Assembly (NCBI RefSeq): GCF_009834535.1
Contig: NC_045696.1
Location: 98,644,001-98,708,000 of the forward strand
Source of the DNA: Camelus ferus
Taxonomy: Eukaryota
Length of the DNA stretch: 64,000 bases
Direction: 5' to 3'
Shown here piece after piece: positions 61,272 to 64,000 of the stretch. The notes beneath the pieces were generated by a model. That model was given only the letters and a program-made list of their open reading frames with translations. It had not been told where the DNA came from and did not search any database. Position 1 is the stretch's first letter; each line of letters opens with the position of its first letter. The translations under genes were made by a program, and so were the position numbers.

Positions 61272-64000
61272 ATACCAAAAAAAGAGTCACAGTAAGAACA
61301 AGAACAGAAGAAGAGGTGGAGGAAGAGGCAGTGAAGGCAAAGAAGAAAGGGAGAAAGTGAGAAAGGAAGAAAGAAAGGAAGGAAAAAGGAAAAACAGATA
61401 ACTCGTGATTTATCTGCTTAGACTTTGAGAATGCTACATTTCATTCACTCAACACTGTATATTTTCATAAATTCAGATCTTAAAAATGAAGTGCAAGTGT
61501 TCTAGCCATGTGTATTACTAACAGTTTAAGTGACTATTTCAACCTCAACAAAATGATTATAGTGGCTGCTTTAGATCGACATCCTGCTCCTATAAAAAAT
61601 CTTGCATGTGCTTCCTTGGATAATAGGGAAGATCTGAGTGCAAACCATTTCACTTTATGCTAAATCCCTATGGCTACTGGGTAACCCTTTCCACTCTTCT
61701 GAGCCTTAGTTTTCTTTTCGGCATGTCTGTGGACTAAAAAGATTTTGAGTTTCTGTTCAGTTCTGAGATTTTTGATTTTGCAGTAAGTTTCAAAAACAGA
61801 CTAAGCCAAATTAGCCAGATTTCAGTGATGAATCTAATTTAAGCACTACTCTTATGTGAGAGAAAAATGATTTTTTATGTTGACTAGAAATGCAAGTAAA
61901 TAAAATCTCAGGAATTTTGCTGTGAACTATGATGCCTTAATGATTTGATTATACTCTGTCACCCCATGAACAGGATTCAAGCCCCCAAAGGGGACAATAG
62001 GAGACAATACTGTCCCCAAAAGATACAATTTTATTTGCTATTAGTCCAGGAAATGCTCTCATAGACCATGCATAAAAGCTTTTACAACAAAGCCATATAT
62101 TGTGGCAGAGTAATGGATGATCAGAACATTTTGTTTTAAATTAGTGGTTTGATTGAGTCTCCATTTTGAAACATTTGTTTTTACTTTATGTCTTTGGTTA
62201 TTGAAATCAAGATGCTAAGTTTTTGACTTGTTTAATTTGACTTAGCACTGGTTCATGTGAGCGGTACAGACGCTTCCCCGTTTCAACTTGTTGATGATGT
62301 ACATTAACTGTTAAAGCACCAGGTTCTGTCACCTCATATTATTCTGCTGTCTTATAGGAATGGCCTCTTTCCCTTTTCCTCTGACACAGTCTGTTGCGAG
62401 AGGTCATTTCAATCTGCCCCGTTTCTGAACAAAGTCTCTAAGACTGGGTTCGAGATTTTGAATTTCTGTTTTTGCTTCTCACATGAATGACACCAAGAAT
62501 TTTCCGATGTATTCTATGCTACATAAAAATAAGAAAGAAGAGAGAGAGAAGGAGGAAGAGGAGAAAAGAAGAGAGAGTGGTCTTCCCTTGAGCACTGTCA
62601 TTCTGAATTGAAATGGTGCCAATTCATTAACACAGTCAGCAACAGCCTTAAATAAGCTAACAATAATGTCACTGTTCACTTCAAACTAAGTCTCTCTCTC
62701 TATTTCTTTCTTTGCTGAAACATTGCAACCATTACCACTTATATGAGCTTAAGAAGCCATTGACTCACCAAATAGACTTCCAGTTTACAGAGTTTTATGC
62801 TTTAGGAAAAAAAACTGTTAACAATTATTTTATAGAAAATGTCATCCTCACAGTGACTCCTTTTTTCTGCGTTTGTAATGTTTCAATTAAGTATAAGCGA
62901 ATGTTCCTGACATTTGCAAACATTATTCTTTTCCTAATGCTTGTTTGGAGTGACACGTTGCTTTGATTTGTCATCATCTTCTTTTTGGTAAAATGAAACT
63001 TTCCACCTTCTCCTTAGACTAACGCTCTGATTCATGGCAGGCTGAAGTGGCTGGTGGGTTATAACTTAAAATCATTAACCCACTTTTGTTTCTGCCTCTT
63101 GTCTTCTCATGCCTGGCCTGTAAGAGATCATCTCTCCACGCTGTTCCCAAGAGAGGCCATTAGAAGACATGGAATGAGAAAGATCTGAAGTCTGGTGATT
63201 TAATGATAGACCAGGTTTCTGCCAGTCCTTCTCTGATGCCGACTTTGATGCAGTCTAATTTATGCATATTTTTGTCACCAGGGTCTAAACCTGACTTTCC
63301 ATCTCTTACTTCAAATCCTGTTCTAGAGACTGAGTACAAGGCACCAAATGTGTATCTTTTCACATTAACCCCAGCTGGACCCTTGGCTATGTCAATGATT
63401 GCTGAACCAGTTTTATCCTTTTTTAGAACATGGCTCTGGACTCAGTATCTGACTGATTTCTCGTTATATATTTAGTGATTAACTCTGAGTCAGGAAAGAC
63501 TGCATGATTCTGAGAAGATCATTATTATAGCTTCATTAACAAATGGACTGTTTTAAGCTTGTTATAGTATGAGGCTCTTTCTGGCCAAGAGAGAGAGAAA
63601 TTCTGAGCCAAGGATCAGGTGAAACATAAAATCTGAGCTACCCATCCTTGATTGCAAAAAGGGACAGAAGAGATGCTGTCAGAGCGAACAGACCACCCAG
63701 AATGCGTCTATGGTTTCTCAGGGAGCCTGAACACCAGTGCTTCACTGTCTTCATATTGAGAAAGAGAGCACATAGGATTTATGCAACCCCTTTTTTTTCC
63801 ACGTATGTCCTTTGGTTCCCTGAAGATCTCCCTCAGGAAACTTGGGGATAGAATGACAGCCCATTTTCAAATAGAGGACACAAAAGTTCAGTGTTGATTA
63901 CTGGCCACCAGCGTGAGCAATGGATAATTTACTTATTCTGCTATGCATTGTGTCTTGTGAAATGATTCAAACTCACTATCTGAATCCATAATTGCCTGGG

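Noticed and set aside
61824..61890. GTGATGA...TTGA resembling a C/D-box snoRNA
   Set aside because: D box is not CTGA, the terminal stem is weak, and no guide sequence is recognisable
1..64000. CRISPR arrays, operons, prokaryotic or viral coding systems, NUMTs, processed pseudogenes
   Set aside because: No repeat-spacer periodicity, no long ORFs and no segment of foreign composition seen; the sequence is consistent with mammalian non-coding DNA throughout

Overview
This is AT-rich (roughly 37-40% GC by eye), CpG-depleted placental-mammal genomic DNA, either intronic or intergenic. I could not support any protein-coding exon, tRNA, rRNA or snRNA. The only recognisable peptides in the ORF track are transposon remnants: L1 ORF1 and ORF2 and Tigger1 transposase. 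An L2 endonuclease remnant is visible by manual translation. A large fraction of the window is interspersed repeats: MIR, L2, old L1M, MLT1/MLT2 LTRs, two ERV1-type solo LTRs, MER3, MER5A, MER58A and Tigger1. Several younger L1 3' ends look cetartiodactyl, and I saw no Alu, B1, Bov-A/tA, PRE or SINEC copies, so a camelid is my tentative guess from memory. The most interesting signals are: (1) five TCF/LEF consensus sites in about 205 bp, with a MEIS palindrome and CDX/HOX-like motifs (36.6-37.1 kb), a candidate Wnt-responsive enhancer; (2) a repeat-free block at 56.0-56.75 kb with three consecutive CpG-retaining palindromes; (3) a twin-primed, 5'-inverted L1 with a perfect 14-bp TSD; (4) a three-level L2 > MLT1A > ERV1-LTR nest; (5) candidate micro-exons, plus an LTR orientation bias that hints at an unseen host transcript. 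I found no evidence for a novel self-contained gene system. Repeat subfamily names come from recalled consensus sequences, and boundaries without TSDs are approximate.
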